Origin: an uncultured Bacteroidales bacterium
GTDB taxonomy: Bacteria > Bacteroidota > Bacteroidia > Bacteroidales > VadinHA17
DNA length: 64,000 bases
Reading direction: 5' to 3'
NCBI GenBank assembly: GCA_963825165.1
Contig: CAWGRY010000001.1
Span: forward strand, 1,384-65,383
In this document: positions 8,141 to 17,907 of the stretch, in pieces
How the letters are laid out: every line of letters starts with the position of its first letter
Numbering within the stretch: position 1 is the first letter of the stretch
Position numbers and translations under genes: made by a program
Notes under the pieces: model-generated
What the model saw: the letters and a program-made list of their open reading frames with translations, nothing else
What the model was told of the DNA's origin: nothing
The model's database searches: none

Positions 8141-8965
8141 ATGAAATCATTAGCGATAACTCTCTTCCTCTTTCTAGTATCGTGCAAATCAGTCAACATA
8201 AAGGAAGGCTTCCAGACATTCACAAAAAGTGATGTTTATAACTGGAGAGATTGCACAATTCCTAATCAAGACTACATTGATAATGAATTCCCAAAGATTA
8301 GAAAGCACTTCAATGAATATGTGGCAAATATTGACACGTTGGCCAGAGCATTACATTTTATTGATCTGAATAATGATAAAGAACTTGATGTAATCTACTC
8401 TGGGACCTCCGGTGCTGCAAGCGACTGTGTTATCTTCCTCCTCAATATTGATAACGACTACAAAATTCTCTTTGAAGAATATACCAATATTAGAGACCTA
8501 CTGTTTGAAGGCGGAAAATTAGTCGGATATATAGGATTAGACTTTGGTTGTTGTGCAGAGTACATACAAAAAGAAACAAAATATAAAGTATCAGAAGATT
8601 GGAATAGAATTGTTGTATACCAAAGAGTAAAAGCTTCATATACTGAACTCCCAGAAAAACTCTTTGAGAAACCTATAGTGTTTGAAATAGAAAGTGATAC
8701 TTTAAAACTAAGAGCTACAGCCATAAATGATGATACTAACATATTTATTTATGATACAATTGGCAATGTAGTCTCATCATACTTAAAAGGCTCCAGAGGC
8801 TATGCTTGGTCAGAAAAACAAAATGACCTGGGAGAGATATGGTGGTTTGTTGAAATGGAACCAAACAATAGCCAAATTGGTTCGAGAATCAACCACAACC
8901 CTGACAAACTTCCACAAAGAAACCTAGGTTGGTTTCCAACTGTGAACTTAACAACTTTAAAATAA
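8141..8965 (+). CDS. hypothetical lipoprotein (cassette)
   Basis: MKSLAITLFLFLVSC lipobox. DLNNDKELDVIYSG is reminiscent of an FG-GAP/VCBS-type repeat (weak). Confidence 0.5.
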   Translation: MKSLAITLFLFLVSCKSVNIKEGFQTFTKSDVYNWRDCTIPNQDYIDNEFPKIRKHFNEYVANIDTLARALHFIDLNNDKELDVIYSGTSGAASDCVIFLLNIDNDYKILFEEYTNIRDLLFEGGKLVGYIGLDFGCCAEYIQKETKYKVSEDWNRIVVYQRVKASYTELPEKLFEKPIVFEIESDTLKLRATAINDDTNIFIYDTIGNVVSSYLKGSRGYAWSEKQNDLGEIWWFVEMEPNNSQIGSRINHNPDKLPQRNLGWFPTVNLTTLK

Positions 8966-8969
8966 CGTG

Positions 8970-9211
8970 TGCTAACAGGTCGGTATATGTCATTGCCTTC
9001 CGTACCGCGAGAACTTTCTGGCTAAAGAGGACCGTTAATTGGCCAGCGGTACGGGCCGCCCCCGGCACCGCCGGGGGACTCCCGCTGGTGTCACGGTTTT
9101 TGCCAACGCGAGAATAAAGTACTAACCGTATAATCCAACACCGCACTACGAGTGCAAAAACACGCGCCACCGCGACTTTGCGGCAACGCCACATACCGCC
9201 GAACGTTATAA
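8970..9211 (+). repeat. attC-like site, family A (242 bp)
   Basis: R'' TGCTAAC 8970; R' GTTATAA 9205. Confidence 0.85.
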
Positions 9212-9279
9212 ACCATTGAAAGCCTGCAAATAAGTAAATTTGAGATTAAATTTGAGCACAGTAGAAAGTCTTTCATGAC

Positions 9280-9723
9280 ATGAGAAATACAAGTCCAAAG
9301 TATAATACTTCAGTTTCTTTCGAAACATCAATGATTGCTGCCTGCGGTATGAATTGTGGATGCTGTATTGGTTACATGAGACCGAAAAATAAATGTCCAG
9401 GATGTAGATTTATAATTGAAGGTAAAGCTAGAGTTCATTGTGTAATAAGAAATTGCGATTTACTCAAAAAGACTGACTCTAATTTCTGTTTTGATTGTCA
9501 GAAATATCCATGTCAGAGATTAAAACAACTTGATAAAAGATACCGAACAAGGTACAATACCAGTTTTCTTGAAAATCTAATGATGATTAAACAAAAGGGA
9601 ATGGATTACTTTCTTTCTTTTGAAACCGACAGAAGGAAGTGTCCCGACTGTGGAGCAACTTTAAGTGTTCACCGTGGCCAATGTCTAGCCTGTTCGAAAA
9701 TTTTAAATAACAACGGTTTATAA
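9280..9723 (+). CDS. Cys-rich DUF3795-like protein (cassette)
   Basis: CGMNCGCCIGY...CPGC...CFDCQKYPC...CPDCG pattern as in DUF3795. 99 percent-like duplicate at 28310-28753. Confidence 0.6.
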   Translation: MRNTSPKYNTSVSFETSMIAACGMNCGCCIGYMRPKNKCPGCRFIIEGKARVHCVIRNCDLLKKTDSNFCFDCQKYPCQRLKQLDKRYRTRYNTSFLENLMMIKQKGMDYFLSFETDRRKCPDCGATLSVHRGQCLACSKILNNNGL

Positions 9724-10109
9724 CACGGACAATATGGGTAAGTTGTTCGTCACAGTTTTTGCTTTTACTCCTGCACTCAAGACAAATTTGTAATGGTTGT
9801 TGCACCCGGACACGCGCATCTGCTCGCAATTAAAATTCAGTTTACATTGACAGATTTTCAGTTTCGAGATAGTCTGTACCGCGACACTGCACCAGTACAC
9901 GCCACCAAATTTGTAACCGGGAATAAATTCGCGGCTCCGATCAAACTTGTACCGCTATCGCGCGAGTAGGTAATAAAATTTGTACCATGACGGCAAAAAC
10001 TGCGCCGTACCCTCCTTGCACCGGGACAGCTTTGTGGCCTACCGGGACAACTTTGTGGCGGTGCTGGCGTCGAGTAACACAACCTCCCCATATTGCCGGG
10101 CCGTTAGGC
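9718..10109 (+). repeat. attC-like site, family B (392 bp)
   Basis: R'' TTATAAC 9718 (contains the stop TAA 9721-9723); R' GTTAGGC 10103; near-identical copy at 28748-29139. Confidence 0.8.
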
Positions 10110-10144
10110 GTCATAATTTCTATTGCTGCAAAGTATCTATCAAA

Positions 10145-10585
10145 ATGAAAAAAATAATCTTTTTATCTGCGCTCTTTCTAATTTTCGCCCTCTCAATCGT
10201 CAATTGCAAGAAGGACGACCCCGTTGATATTGTTCTGCATGATAAATCTTTAAAGACTATTCAGCAGTACATACACGGGCAATGGAGATTAGTTTATTCG
10301 AAAACAGGTTCTACCAGGTATCCTTGCGATAATTGTAGTGTTGAATTTACCCAGGATGATAAATTTATAAGCAATGTCTTGACAATTTATGTAACGCCAT
10401 ATTCTATTATCTGGGTTAAAGACAAAGGTATGTTTCTTAATGGAGATTTTACTTTTCTAATGACCATAGGCCACGAATTTGGATATTCTCAATCTTTTGT
10501 AATTGACAAAATTATTAATGACACTCTAATATTTTATGAAAACTTTGAATTTCCATATTCATACTATTGCGTAAAATCGAGATAA
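10145..10585 (+). CDS. hypothetical lipoprotein (cassette)
   Basis: ATG 10145 lies outside the repeat. MKKIIFLSALFLIFALSIVNC lipobox. The duplicate at 21083-21523 differs by one residue (F/S). Confidence 0.55.
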   Translation: MKKIIFLSALFLIFALSIVNCKKDDPVDIVLHDKSLKTIQQYIHGQWRLVYSKTGSTRYPCDNCSVEFTQDDKFISNVLTIYVTPYSIIWVKDKGMFLNGDFTFLMTIGHEFGYSQSFVIDKIINDTLIFYENFEFPYSYYCVKSR

Positions 10586-10633
10586 TATGCCTTCTTAAAA
10601 TGCAATTAATCAGTGACAAATAAAATTACGAAC

Positions 10634-10855
10634 GCCTAACAGGTCGGTATATGCAATTGCCTTCCGGCCAGCGGGACAAACATTAAGGTATAAATCTTCC
10701 TATTCCCGCTGTCCGGGCTACCACACTTGGTGTCATGGTTTTTGCCAACGCGATAACTTTGTAACGAAAAACATAATCTTGCACCGCAGTTTACCTGCAA
10801 AAACTCATGCCACCGCGATGCTGCGGCAACTGCACATACCGCCGGAACGTTAGGT
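10634..10855 (+). repeat. attC-like site, family A short form (222 bp)
   Basis: R'' GCCTAAC 10634; R' GTTAGGT 10849; duplicate at 21572-21793. Confidence 0.85.
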
Positions 10856-11289
10856 TTCATGCCAGAGACAAACTATTAATTATGAAAAAGGGATTCTGAT
10901 TGATATTTTGAAACAGCATTAGACACTTTTATCATGCAACCAAGGTAGACTACTTAATAAATAATGATTATTCAGCTCTGAATGATTAGATATGCTTTAT
11001 CAGACTATGAAAGATTTTACTAGTGAATGATGCCAAATTCATGTATCAATCTATTGGGATAAACTAAGAACATCACATGAGAGAAAAAGTAATGAAAGTC
11101 ACTCAGAACAAAAGAAGATGCAAAAAATGAAAAACTGAACTATTTTCTGATAAATGGAAGATATTTCGAGAGACTTATGGCTTCGTAATCGCCAAAAGTC
11201 TATGCTCACAATGTCAATTCACTTATTAAATTTTCGGTACCATGATCTAATCCTGCTACCAAGACAAAGTCAATAGGGTTGCGTTAGGG
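10856..11289 (+). pseudogene. decayed cassette: no ORF >=60 aa, plus an internally deleted family-C repeat remnant
   Basis: AT-rich with many stops. 11215-11282 matches an internal segment of the repeat at 32712-33068 (…TTATTAAA.TT.CGGTACC.TGAT.TAATCCTGCTACC…) and ends in GTTAGGG 11283-11289. The expected R'' ACCTAAC was not found. Confidence 0.45.
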
Positions 11290-11569
11290 CTAATAGCTCC
11301 GATTAAATAATATACAATAAATTGGGGGGCAAGCATTCCGTCCCGCTCCCATCCGACTCGCCAACGCACCGTTACTTAGGATAAATAGAAATCAGAGAGA
11401 GTAATCAACAAACCATCAAGCACGAGCCGCGATTACCCCCCAACTCAGCAGTAGGCCTCCGCTTCCAGGGATGTAGTAAAATTGTTTTGTGTAAGGGTAA
11501 TATCACTCTCCAAATAATCATTCCCGCATTTATCAATGACCCGCATCAACAATAAGCCTTCGCTACAAT
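11290..11569 (+). repeat. ORF-less cassette body, copy 3 of 4
   Basis: Homologous to 4246-4517 and 7598-7876. Confidence 0.6.
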
Positions 11570-11813
11570 CCCTAACAGGGCGGTATAGGTCATTGCCTTC
11601 TGTACCGCGATAATCTTCTAACTAAAGAGGACCGTCTTGTGGCCAGCGGCACAGGCTGCCCCGGCTGCAGCCGGGGACTCCCTCTTGGTGTCATGGTTTT
11701 TGCCAACGCGATAACTTTGTAACGAAAAGTACATATCCTGCACCGCAGTTTGCCTGCAAAAACTCATGCCACCGCGACACAAGGCAACTGACCCATACCG
11801 CCAAACGTTAGCG
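11570..11813 (+). repeat. attC-like site, family A' (244 bp)
   Basis: R'' CCCTAAC 11570; R' GTTAGCG 11807. Confidence 0.85.
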
Positions 11814-11869
11814 TGCATTTAACACATTTGGAACAATTATTGTGGCAAATTGATTATAAAGAACATCCT

Positions 11870-12253
11870 ATGAAAAACAAGATCTCAATTGGATCTTTAA
11901 TTTGTATAATCCTGATATCGTTCGCTTGTACCAGTGAAGATCAAATAGGTAGCTTTTCTGGTAAGAGTGTTGATGACTTGATCATTGGCAAATGGAACAC
12001 GTCGTATAGTTCTAGAGATTTGAATAACGGTATTACCGTTTTCTTTGATACCATAACATTTAATTCAAGCAACCAAGGATATCATATAATATACGAATTC
12101 AATAACTTACGCTTTTCTAATCCATTCCAATTTTATACCGAAGGCAGCTCCCTACACTTAAAATATAATCAAATTGAGGATGAAGTTCTATGGACATATT
12201 CAATCCTGAATGATAGTCTGATCTTAAAGGGTAACAAGATTTACAAAAGATAG
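11870..12253 (+). CDS. hypothetical lipoprotein (cassette)
   Basis: ATG 11870; MKNKISIGSLICIILISFAC lipobox. Confidence 0.5.
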   Translation: MKNKISIGSLICIILISFACTSEDQIGSFSGKSVDDLIIGKWNTSYSSRDLNNGITVFFDTITFNSSNQGYHIIYEFNNLRFSNPFQFYTEGSSLHLKYNQIEDEVLWTYSILNDSLILKGNKIYKR

Positions 12254-12278
12254 CCAACCTGGTTTATAATTAAACGCA

Positions 12279-12521
12279 CGCTAACAGGTCGGTATATGCA
12301 ATTGCCGCTCCGTGGCGCGACAATTGAGTAACTAAAGAGGCGGTTTTGTGGCTGGCGCCACGGCCCGCCCCGGCTCCCGCCGGGGTCCCCCTGCTGGTGT
12401 CACGGTTTTTGCCAACGCGAGAATAAACTACTAACAGCATAATCTTACTCCGCACCACGAGTGCAAAAACACGCGCCACCGCGAAGCTGCGGCAACATGC
12501 ACATACCGCCGAACGTTAGGG
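12279..12521 (+). repeat. attC-like site, family A (243 bp)
   Basis: R'' CGCTAAC 12279; R' GTTAGGG 12515. Confidence 0.85.
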
Positions 12522-12799
12522 CTAATAGCAGCGGTCAAATTTTTGTATTATAAATATTGGGGGGCCAGCATTCCGGCTCGCTTCAAACTGACTCGCCATC
12601 GCGCCGTTACTTAGAAAGTTTAGACTATAAGGATATTTAAGAGCCATCTACCACGACTGTCTATTACCCCCCAACTCAGCGACACGCCTCCGCTCCCGGG
12701 ATAGTATAACAACTGGCTGTGCATGGATTTATACCCGCTTCTGCCTTTAAGGTCGCAATAGTTCTATAACCCGCATTTACATTAAACCGTTGCTACAAT
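12522..12799 (+). repeat. ORF-less cassette body, copy 4 of 4 (divergent)
   Basis: Keeps the GCTAATAGC start, ATTGGGGGG, CTGACTCGCCA.CGCGCCGT, ATTACCCCCCAACTCAGC and CTACAATCCCTAAC blocks. The rest has diverged. Confidence 0.5.
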
Positions 12800-13075
12800 C
12801 CCTAACAAGGCGGTATAGCTCATTGCCTTCGGCCAGCGGGACAATTAAGTAACAGAAAAGACATATAAGCATTCGCTGGCCGGCCCTCCCGCGGGTGAAT
12901 TATTGTTTTTTGCGGTAGTTTCAAAAGTAAATAACAGAAAAAGAGATTAATTTCAACTCCCAAGCAGGACTGCCCGCTCTAAGGGGACAAATACTACCCG
13001 GCATGATTGGCGGGCGCAAAAAACATTCACCCTGGCTAATCTGCGGCAACTGAGCCATACCGCCGACCGTTAGCA
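12800..13075 (+). repeat. attC-like site, divergent family A' (276 bp)
   Basis: R'' CCCTAAC 12800 plus CGGTATAGCTCATTGCC. GGCAACTGAGCCATACCG plus R' GTTAGCA 13069. The interior differs from the other copies. Confidence 0.75.
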
Positions 13076-13096
13076 TTAATGGTAAAATGAATTCAT

Positions 13097-13480
13097 ATGT
13101 TTGATGAGTTAAGAAAATACAAACAGACAGGCCATTTCTTTCTGAGAATGAATAATAGCCTAATAGAAGAATGTAATGCCCCTTCCGATAAATGTGGAGT
13201 GTATTTAATCTTCGCACTAAAAGGTGGCCGCATTGAACTAGTCAAGATCGGTAGTACAAATCTGGATGAGAACCTGTTGGAACAAATTATAAAAGAACAA
13301 CTACTCTTAAAGTCAAAGTTCCAACAAGAGAAAATTGAGGCCCTAGATATCTATTGGTATGTAACCCTAACAAATAAAGTGGTGGATGATCCATACAAGG
13401 TTATGGGTAAAGTGCTAAAGATTCATACCATGATTAACGGAAAAGCTCCAAGATGGAATTTAGTAAATAAAAACCACTAA
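13097..13480 (+). CDS. hypothetical protein, weak GIY-YIG-like N-terminal pattern (cassette)
   Basis: CGVYLIFALKGGRIELVKIGST resembles GIY..(10-11)..YIG spacing. Not verified. Confidence 0.35.
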   Translation: MFDELRKYKQTGHFFLRMNNSLIEECNAPSDKCGVYLIFALKGGRIELVKIGSTNLDENLLEQIIKEQLLLKSKFQQEKIEALDIYWYVTLTNKVVDDPYKVMGKVLKIHTMINGKAPRWNLVNKNH

Positions 13481-13701
13481 TGCTAACAGGTCGGTATATG
13501 CAATTGCCTTCCGGCCAGCGGGACAAACATCAAGGTATAAACCTTCCTATTCCCGCTGTCCGTGCCACCACACGTGGTGTCATGGTTTTTGCCAACGCGA
13601 TAAATAAGTAACGAAATTCACTCTCCTACTGCGCAGTATACCTGCAAAAACGCATGCCACCGCGATGCTGCGTCAACTGCACATACCGCCGAACGTTAGG
13701 C
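13481..13701 (+). repeat. attC-like site, family A short form (221 bp)
   Basis: R'' TGCTAAC 13481; R' GTTAGGC 13695. Confidence 0.85.
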
Positions 13702-13776
13702 TGCATGTCAAGCGAATGTCGTTTGCATGATAAATAAAAAATACTTACTTTTGTCGTTAGTAACGTTAAACGTAAT
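13702..13776 (+). promoter_or_regulatory. cassette-internal promoter/operator of higBA
   Basis: TACTTTTG 13746-13753 matches TAnnTTTG. TGCATG direct repeats and the CGTTAGTAACG palindrome lie nearby. The identical region occurs at 26149-26223 (motif 26193-26200). Confidence 0.45.
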
Positions 13777-14061
13777 ATGATTACTTCATTTGGGTCAAAA
13801 GAGACTGAGAAAATTTGGCACGGTGACCGTGTAAAAAACATGCCTCCAGAGATCCAAATGATTGGCAGAAGAAAACTAAGAATGTTAAATAACTCTCAAA
13901 ACCTTAACGATCTCAGGGTCCCTCCTTCCAATAAGTTAGAAAAGTTGAGCGGTAAAATGAATAATCTTTATAGCATTCGCATTAATGATCAATGGAGAAT
14001 AACATTTAATTGGGACGATGGACTAGCAAGTGAGGTTACAATTATTGACTATCATAAATAA
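13777..14061 (+). CDS. higB: HigB-type toxin (RelE/ParE superfamily, plasmid maintenance system killer)
   Basis: 94 aa. ...WHGDRVK...LRML...L.DLRVPPSNKLEKLSG....YSIRINDQWRI.F.W pattern typical of HigB. Toxin-first order, with the HTH antitoxin downstream. Confidence 0.8.
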   Translation: MITSFGSKETEKIWHGDRVKNMPPEIQMIGRRKLRMLNNSQNLNDLRVPPSNKLEKLSGKMNNLYSIRINDQWRITFNWDDGLASEVTIIDYHK

Positions 14062-14066
14062 GTGAC

Positions 14067-14366
14067 ATGGAAACTTTACCAAATATACACCCCGGAGAAG
14101 TGCTTCTTGAAGAATTCCTGAAGCCTATGAGTATTTCTGCTTACAGATTATCAAAAGACATCGGAATTCCTCAGACAAGAACTTCTGAGATAATAAAGGG
14201 TGCCAGAAGAATAACGGCTGATACTGCTCTCAGGCTCAGTTACTATTTTGGTAATTCTGCAAAATTCTGGCTCGGTCTTCAAAATGATTACGATATAGAA
14301 GAAGAAAAGAAGACCAAAAAGGACGAGTTTAAAAGCATTAAAAAAGCAAAACAACACGCAGCCTAA
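14067..14366 (+). CDS. higA: HigA-type antitoxin (XRE HTH)
   Basis: HPGEVLLEEFLKPMSISAYRLSKDIGIPQTRTSEIIKGARRITADTALRLSYYFGNSAKFWLGLQNDYD is the classic HigA signature. Confidence 0.85.
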   Translation: METLPNIHPGEVLLEEFLKPMSISAYRLSKDIGIPQTRTSEIIKGARRITADTALRLSYYFGNSAKFWLGLQNDYDIEEEKKTKKDEFKSIKKAKQHAA

Positions 14367-14652
14367 CAGGTCGGTATATGCAATTGCCTTCCAACTGGTT
14401 TTTGCGCACTGATCCGTTAGACCAACACACCAAAACCAGTTGGTGCTTTATCGGCCCGGCTTTGCGGCTAAAGCCACCGGGCAAAAACCAGCCAGGCTGC
14501 CCCGGCTGCCGCCGGGATCTCCCCTCTGGTGTCATGGTTTTTGCCAACGCGATAAATTTGTAACGAAAAGCACAATCCTACACCACAGCTTACCTGCAAA
14601 AACACATGCCACCGCGATACAAGGCAACTGCACATACCGCCAAACGTTAGCA
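14361..14652 (+). repeat. attC-like site, family A long form (292 bp)
   Basis: R'' GCCTAAC 14361 (contains the higA stop TAA 14364-14366); R' GTTAGCA 14646. Confidence 0.85.
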
Positions 14653-14711
14653 TGCATATTAGACTGATGGTGTAGCTATTATCTTAAATATCAACTAACA
14701 AATTCAAAACC

Positions 14712-15347
14712 ATGAAAGTAAGAATCTTCCTTCTTGTAGTTGGAATGTTAATGTTGAATACTTTAAATGGCCAACGAACTTGGGATCTTAGAACCAATTT
14801 TGGAATCTCTAGCGGTAGAAATGTAATAGATGGTTACTACTTCTCCTTTGACATAGGAATACCAATTTTTAAAGCGTTTCAATTAGCCCCAACTTTCACT
14901 TATGCTGATATGTTGCCAAATACATACTTCTATAACGCCTGGAACAATACTTATCCAACAACTCCGGATTATGGCTATCCAACTGGAGGTCCAAGACAAG
15001 ACCAAGAATTTGGGGACAATTTAGGGTCAATTGGATTATTGATTCTCTTTTTACCTTTCGATTTAATTAATAATGAAAAATTAAGAAAACATGAATTAAT
15101 TATCGGTGGAGGTTATTCATTCAACAGCTATACAATGGTAAGTGCTCGATATGAAATAAACGGTGAAAATGTTGAATTAGTCGGATTCTCCTCAAAATCA
15201 AATAAATCATTTGAACCTTATTATGGAAAAGTAGCCTACAATTACTTGTTTAATAAAGGTTTGTATATTGGATTTGTCGCAAGTGTAATCGGTTACGATG
15301 GTGAAGGTGAATTATTAGCTGGAGCACAATTCGGAGTAAAGTTTTAA
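14712..15347 (+). CDS. outer-membrane beta-barrel-like protein (cassette)
   Basis: Signal peptide MKVRIFLLVVGMLMLNTLNGQ. Ends in ...GAQFGVKF (aromatic C-terminal beta-signal). Its 3' end plus repeat are duplicated at window positions 1-322. Confidence 0.55.
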   Translation: MKVRIFLLVVGMLMLNTLNGQRTWDLRTNFGISSGRNVIDGYYFSFDIGIPIFKAFQLAPTFTYADMLPNTYFYNAWNNTYPTTPDYGYPTGGPRQDQEFGDNLGSIGLLILFLPFDLINNEKLRKHELIIGGGYSFNSYTMVSARYEINGENVELVGFSSKSNKSFEPYYGKVAYNYLFNKGLYIGFVASVIGYDGEGELLAGAQFGVKF

Positions 15348-15357
15348 ATAATACGCA

Positions 15358-15649
15358 TGCTAACAGGTCGGTATATGCAATTGCCGTCCGGCTGGTTTTT
15401 GCGCGCTGATCCGTTAGACCAACACACCAAAACCAGTTGGTGCTTTATCGGCCCGGCTTTGCGGTTAAAGCCGCCGGGCAAAAACCAGCCAGGCTGCCCC
15501 GGCTGCCGCCGGGATCTCCCCTCTGGTGTCACGGTTTTTGCCAACGCGATAAATTTGTAACGAAAAGCACAATCCTACACCACAGCTTACCTGCAAAAAC
15601 ACATGCCACCGCGATACAAGGCAACTGCACATACCGCCAAACGTTGGCG
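15358..15649 (+). repeat. attC-like site, family A long form (292 bp)
   Basis: R'' TGCTAAC 15358; R' GTTGGCG 15643; near-identical to 38-322. Confidence 0.85.
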
Positions 15650-15677
15650 GTAATTAACCCTATTTCCGAATCATTGG

Positions 15678-16598
15678 ATGAGATTTAATATAGTTTCCAT
15701 AATCCTGTCTCTTCTTCTACTGACAAATTCTAATATCTCCTCTCAGATAAGAATAAGTGGTGTTGTAGCTGATGAGAATGGGGACCGTTTGGAATCCGCA
15801 TCAGTACAAGAGTTGAAAACCTATAACGGAGTATTAACAGATAGTACTGGTAGATTCTTGTTGATCGTATCAACCAAATCTTTAATTAGAATCTCATACA
15901 TTGGTTATGCTGACACAATATTCAAAGCATCCGAATTCTCTAATGATACAATCATTCTTAAACCGACGCAACTCATTAAAGATGTTTACGTAGTTGCGGG
16001 TTACTTGAATACATTCTCTATTGGCTATTTTGGTGATTATAACTACATGCCTATAGGCATAGCATTGTCTTACTTCATACCATCTCACAACAGAAAAAGC
16101 ATCATGATATCAGCAGATGCTTCTTATAAGACAAACTTTAGATCTAACTCAGATTTTAGTCTTCAACTAACAAGGATTAATGCTATCAAGTATCCAAAGT
16201 ACTCGTTGGATTTGTTAGCAAAATATAATTACCGTAACTTAGAAATAGGTGAGATCAATTACAAAATTTCAGATGTAACATTAGAACTCAAGAACAGTCT
16301 CTTTAATCAGATTTCATTATCTCTTGGTTTACTATTCCGAAATGAGCAATATATTGAAACAATTAGACAATGGGGTTCTATAATTGGTGCAGAAAAATAT
16401 TTTCACGGTATTAACCAGCGGTGGGCTGCAAACGTGCTTCTTTTAGGCAATAATGTTGAATATGGAGTATCAGTCTATCAAGGCTTCCCAATTTCAAAAT
16501 GGTCATGGAAATCATGCATCGTTGGTCTAGAATACAACAAGTATAAAGAATACAAGGAATTAAATATAGCCTTTAAATACATTGTAAAATATAACTAA
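15678..16598 (+). CDS. CarboxypepD_reg-like domain protein (cassette)
   Basis: After the signal peptide, ISGVVADENGDRLESASV......TDSTGRF.L is the carboxypeptidase-regulatory-like fold motif seen at N-termini of Bacteroidota OM proteins. Confidence 0.5.
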   Translation: MRFNIVSIILSLLLLTNSNISSQIRISGVVADENGDRLESASVQELKTYNGVLTDSTGRFLLIVSTKSLIRISYIGYADTIFKASEFSNDTIILKPTQLIKDVYVVAGYLNTFSIGYFGDYNYMPIGIALSYFIPSHNRKSIMISADASYKTNFRSNSDFSLQLTRINAIKYPKYSLDLLAKYNYRNLEIGEINYKISDVTLELKNSLFNQISLSLGLLFRNEQYIETIRQWGSIIGAEKYFHGINQRWAANVLLLGNNVEYGVSVYQGFPISKWSWKSCIVGLEYNKYKEYKELNIAFKYIVKYN

Positions 16599-16602
16599 CT
16601 AC

Positions 16603-16843
16603 CGCCAACAGGTCGGTATATGCAATTGGCTTCTGCACCGCGAGAATCTTCTGGTCAAAATGAAAGAGCTCCAATGGCGGTGCAGGCCGCCCCGGCTCCC
16701 GCCGGGGACTCCCTCTTGGTGTCACGGTTTTTGCCAACGCGAGAATAAAGTAATAACCATCATTTCCCTACATCGTACCACGAGTGCAAAAACGCGCGCC
16801 ACAGCGACTCTGCGCCAACTGCACATACCGCCGAACGTTATGC
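16603..16843 (+). repeat. attC-like site, family A (241 bp)
   Basis: R'' CGCCAAC 16603; R' GTTATGC 16837. Confidence 0.85.
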
Positions 16844-16867
16844 GTCATGCAATGTAACAACCTAGAT

Positions 16868-17332
16868 ATGAATACCAAAAAGATCTTCTTGATAGCATCA
16901 CTGCTTTGCTATTTACCAATGATTTCTTTTGGTCAGAATAAAGCAAAAGAACTACATGCTGGGGGTTATGTATTACAAGCGACAACAGTTGACACTTCTC
17001 TAAACGAGATGTTTGTGATGTGTGGAGAGATGCCAGAATTCCCAGGCGGCATTGATAAACTCTTAAAATATGCTCAAGATTTCCTATACTATCCAGAATC
17101 AGCAGTTAAGGATAGTATTGAGGGAAGGGTTCTAGTACAATTTATGATAGATACTACTGGAAAAGCATCTTATGAAACTATAATAGAAAGTGTAAGAATT
17201 GATATAGACACCATTTGTTTATCAATGATAAGGAATATGCCAACATGGACCCCAGGAAAGATTGGATCTGAAAAAGTTCAGGTCCGATTTTGGTGGCATA
17301 TTAAATTTGTGCTTAACAGTAAAAAGAAATAA
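16868..17332 (+). CDS. TonB C-terminal domain protein (cassette)
   Basis: ATG 16868 lies outside the repeat. Signal/anchor, then MPEFPGGIDKLLKY...YPESAVKDSIEGRVLVQFMIDTTG, a typical Bacteroidota TonB_C module. Confidence 0.7.
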   Translation: MNTKKIFLIASLLCYLPMISFGQNKAKELHAGGYVLQATTVDTSLNEMFVMCGEMPEFPGGIDKLLKYAQDFLYYPESAVKDSIEGRVLVQFMIDTTGKASYETIIESVRIDIDTICLSMIRNMPTWTPGKIGSEKVQVRFWWHIKFVLNSKKK

Positions 17333-17341
17333 TGCACGAAC

Positions 17342-17586
17342 GCATAACAGGTCGGTATATGCAATTGGCTTCCCGCACCGCGAGAATCTTCTGGCTAAAG
17401 AGGATCGCTTAAGTGGTCAGCGGTGCGGCCCGCCCCGGCTCCCGCCGGGGACCCCCTCCTGGTGTCACGGTTTTTGCCAACGCGAGAATAAATGTAATAA
17501 CTGCATAATCCTGCATCGCACCACGAGTGCAAAAACACGCACCACCGCGACTCTGCGCCAACTGCACATACCGCCGAACGTTGTGC
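17342..17586 (+). repeat. attC-like site, family A (245 bp)
   Basis: R'' GCATAAC 17342; R' GTTGTGC 17580. Confidence 0.85.
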
Positions 17587-17599
17587 TGAATGCGAAGTG

Positions 17600-17676
17600 A
17601 ACCCTGATTAATATTTTTATAATATACTTGCAGTATATACTATTTTTATATACCTTTGCAGAATAATATTCATATC
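17600..17676 (+). promoter_or_regulatory. cassette-internal promoter/operator of mazEF-like module
   Basis: Perfect palindrome ATATACT-TGC-AGTATAT at 17622-17638. TACCTTTG 17651-17658 matches TAnnTTTG. The identical copy has its motif at 24035-24042. Confidence 0.5.
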
Positions 17677-17907
17677 ATGAAAACAGTTTCATTAAAAATT
17701 GACGACTCAATCTTCGGAGAAACCGAGAATATACTCTCCAAGATCAAGAAGCCGAGAAATAGGTACATTAACGAGGCTCTCGAATATTATAATAGAATTC
17801 AGAGACGTAAAATCTTAGAATCAAGGCTTAAGAAAGAATCTGCCTTAGTAAAAGGTGATTCTCTTTCTGTACTTAATGAATTCGAGGAGATAGATTATGC
17901 AAATTAA
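17677..17907 (+). CDS. antitoxin of MazF/PemK module (RHH-like)
   Basis: ATG 17677 (track TTG 17656 lies inside the promoter motif). MKTVSLKIDDSIF...NRYINEALEYY looks like a ribbon-helix-helix. Overlaps the toxin start by 11 nt. Confidence 0.65.
   Translation: MKTVSLKIDDSIFGETENILSKIKKPRNRYINEALEYYNRIQRRKILESRLKKESALVKGDSLSVLNEFEEIDYAN

Noticed and set aside
13753-13776. CGTTAGTAACG in the higBA leader, considered as an extra miniature R'/R'' recombination core.
   Set aside because: It lacks flanking L-box inverted repeats and lies inside a cassette that is duplicated intact. It is more simply an operator palindrome for HigA.
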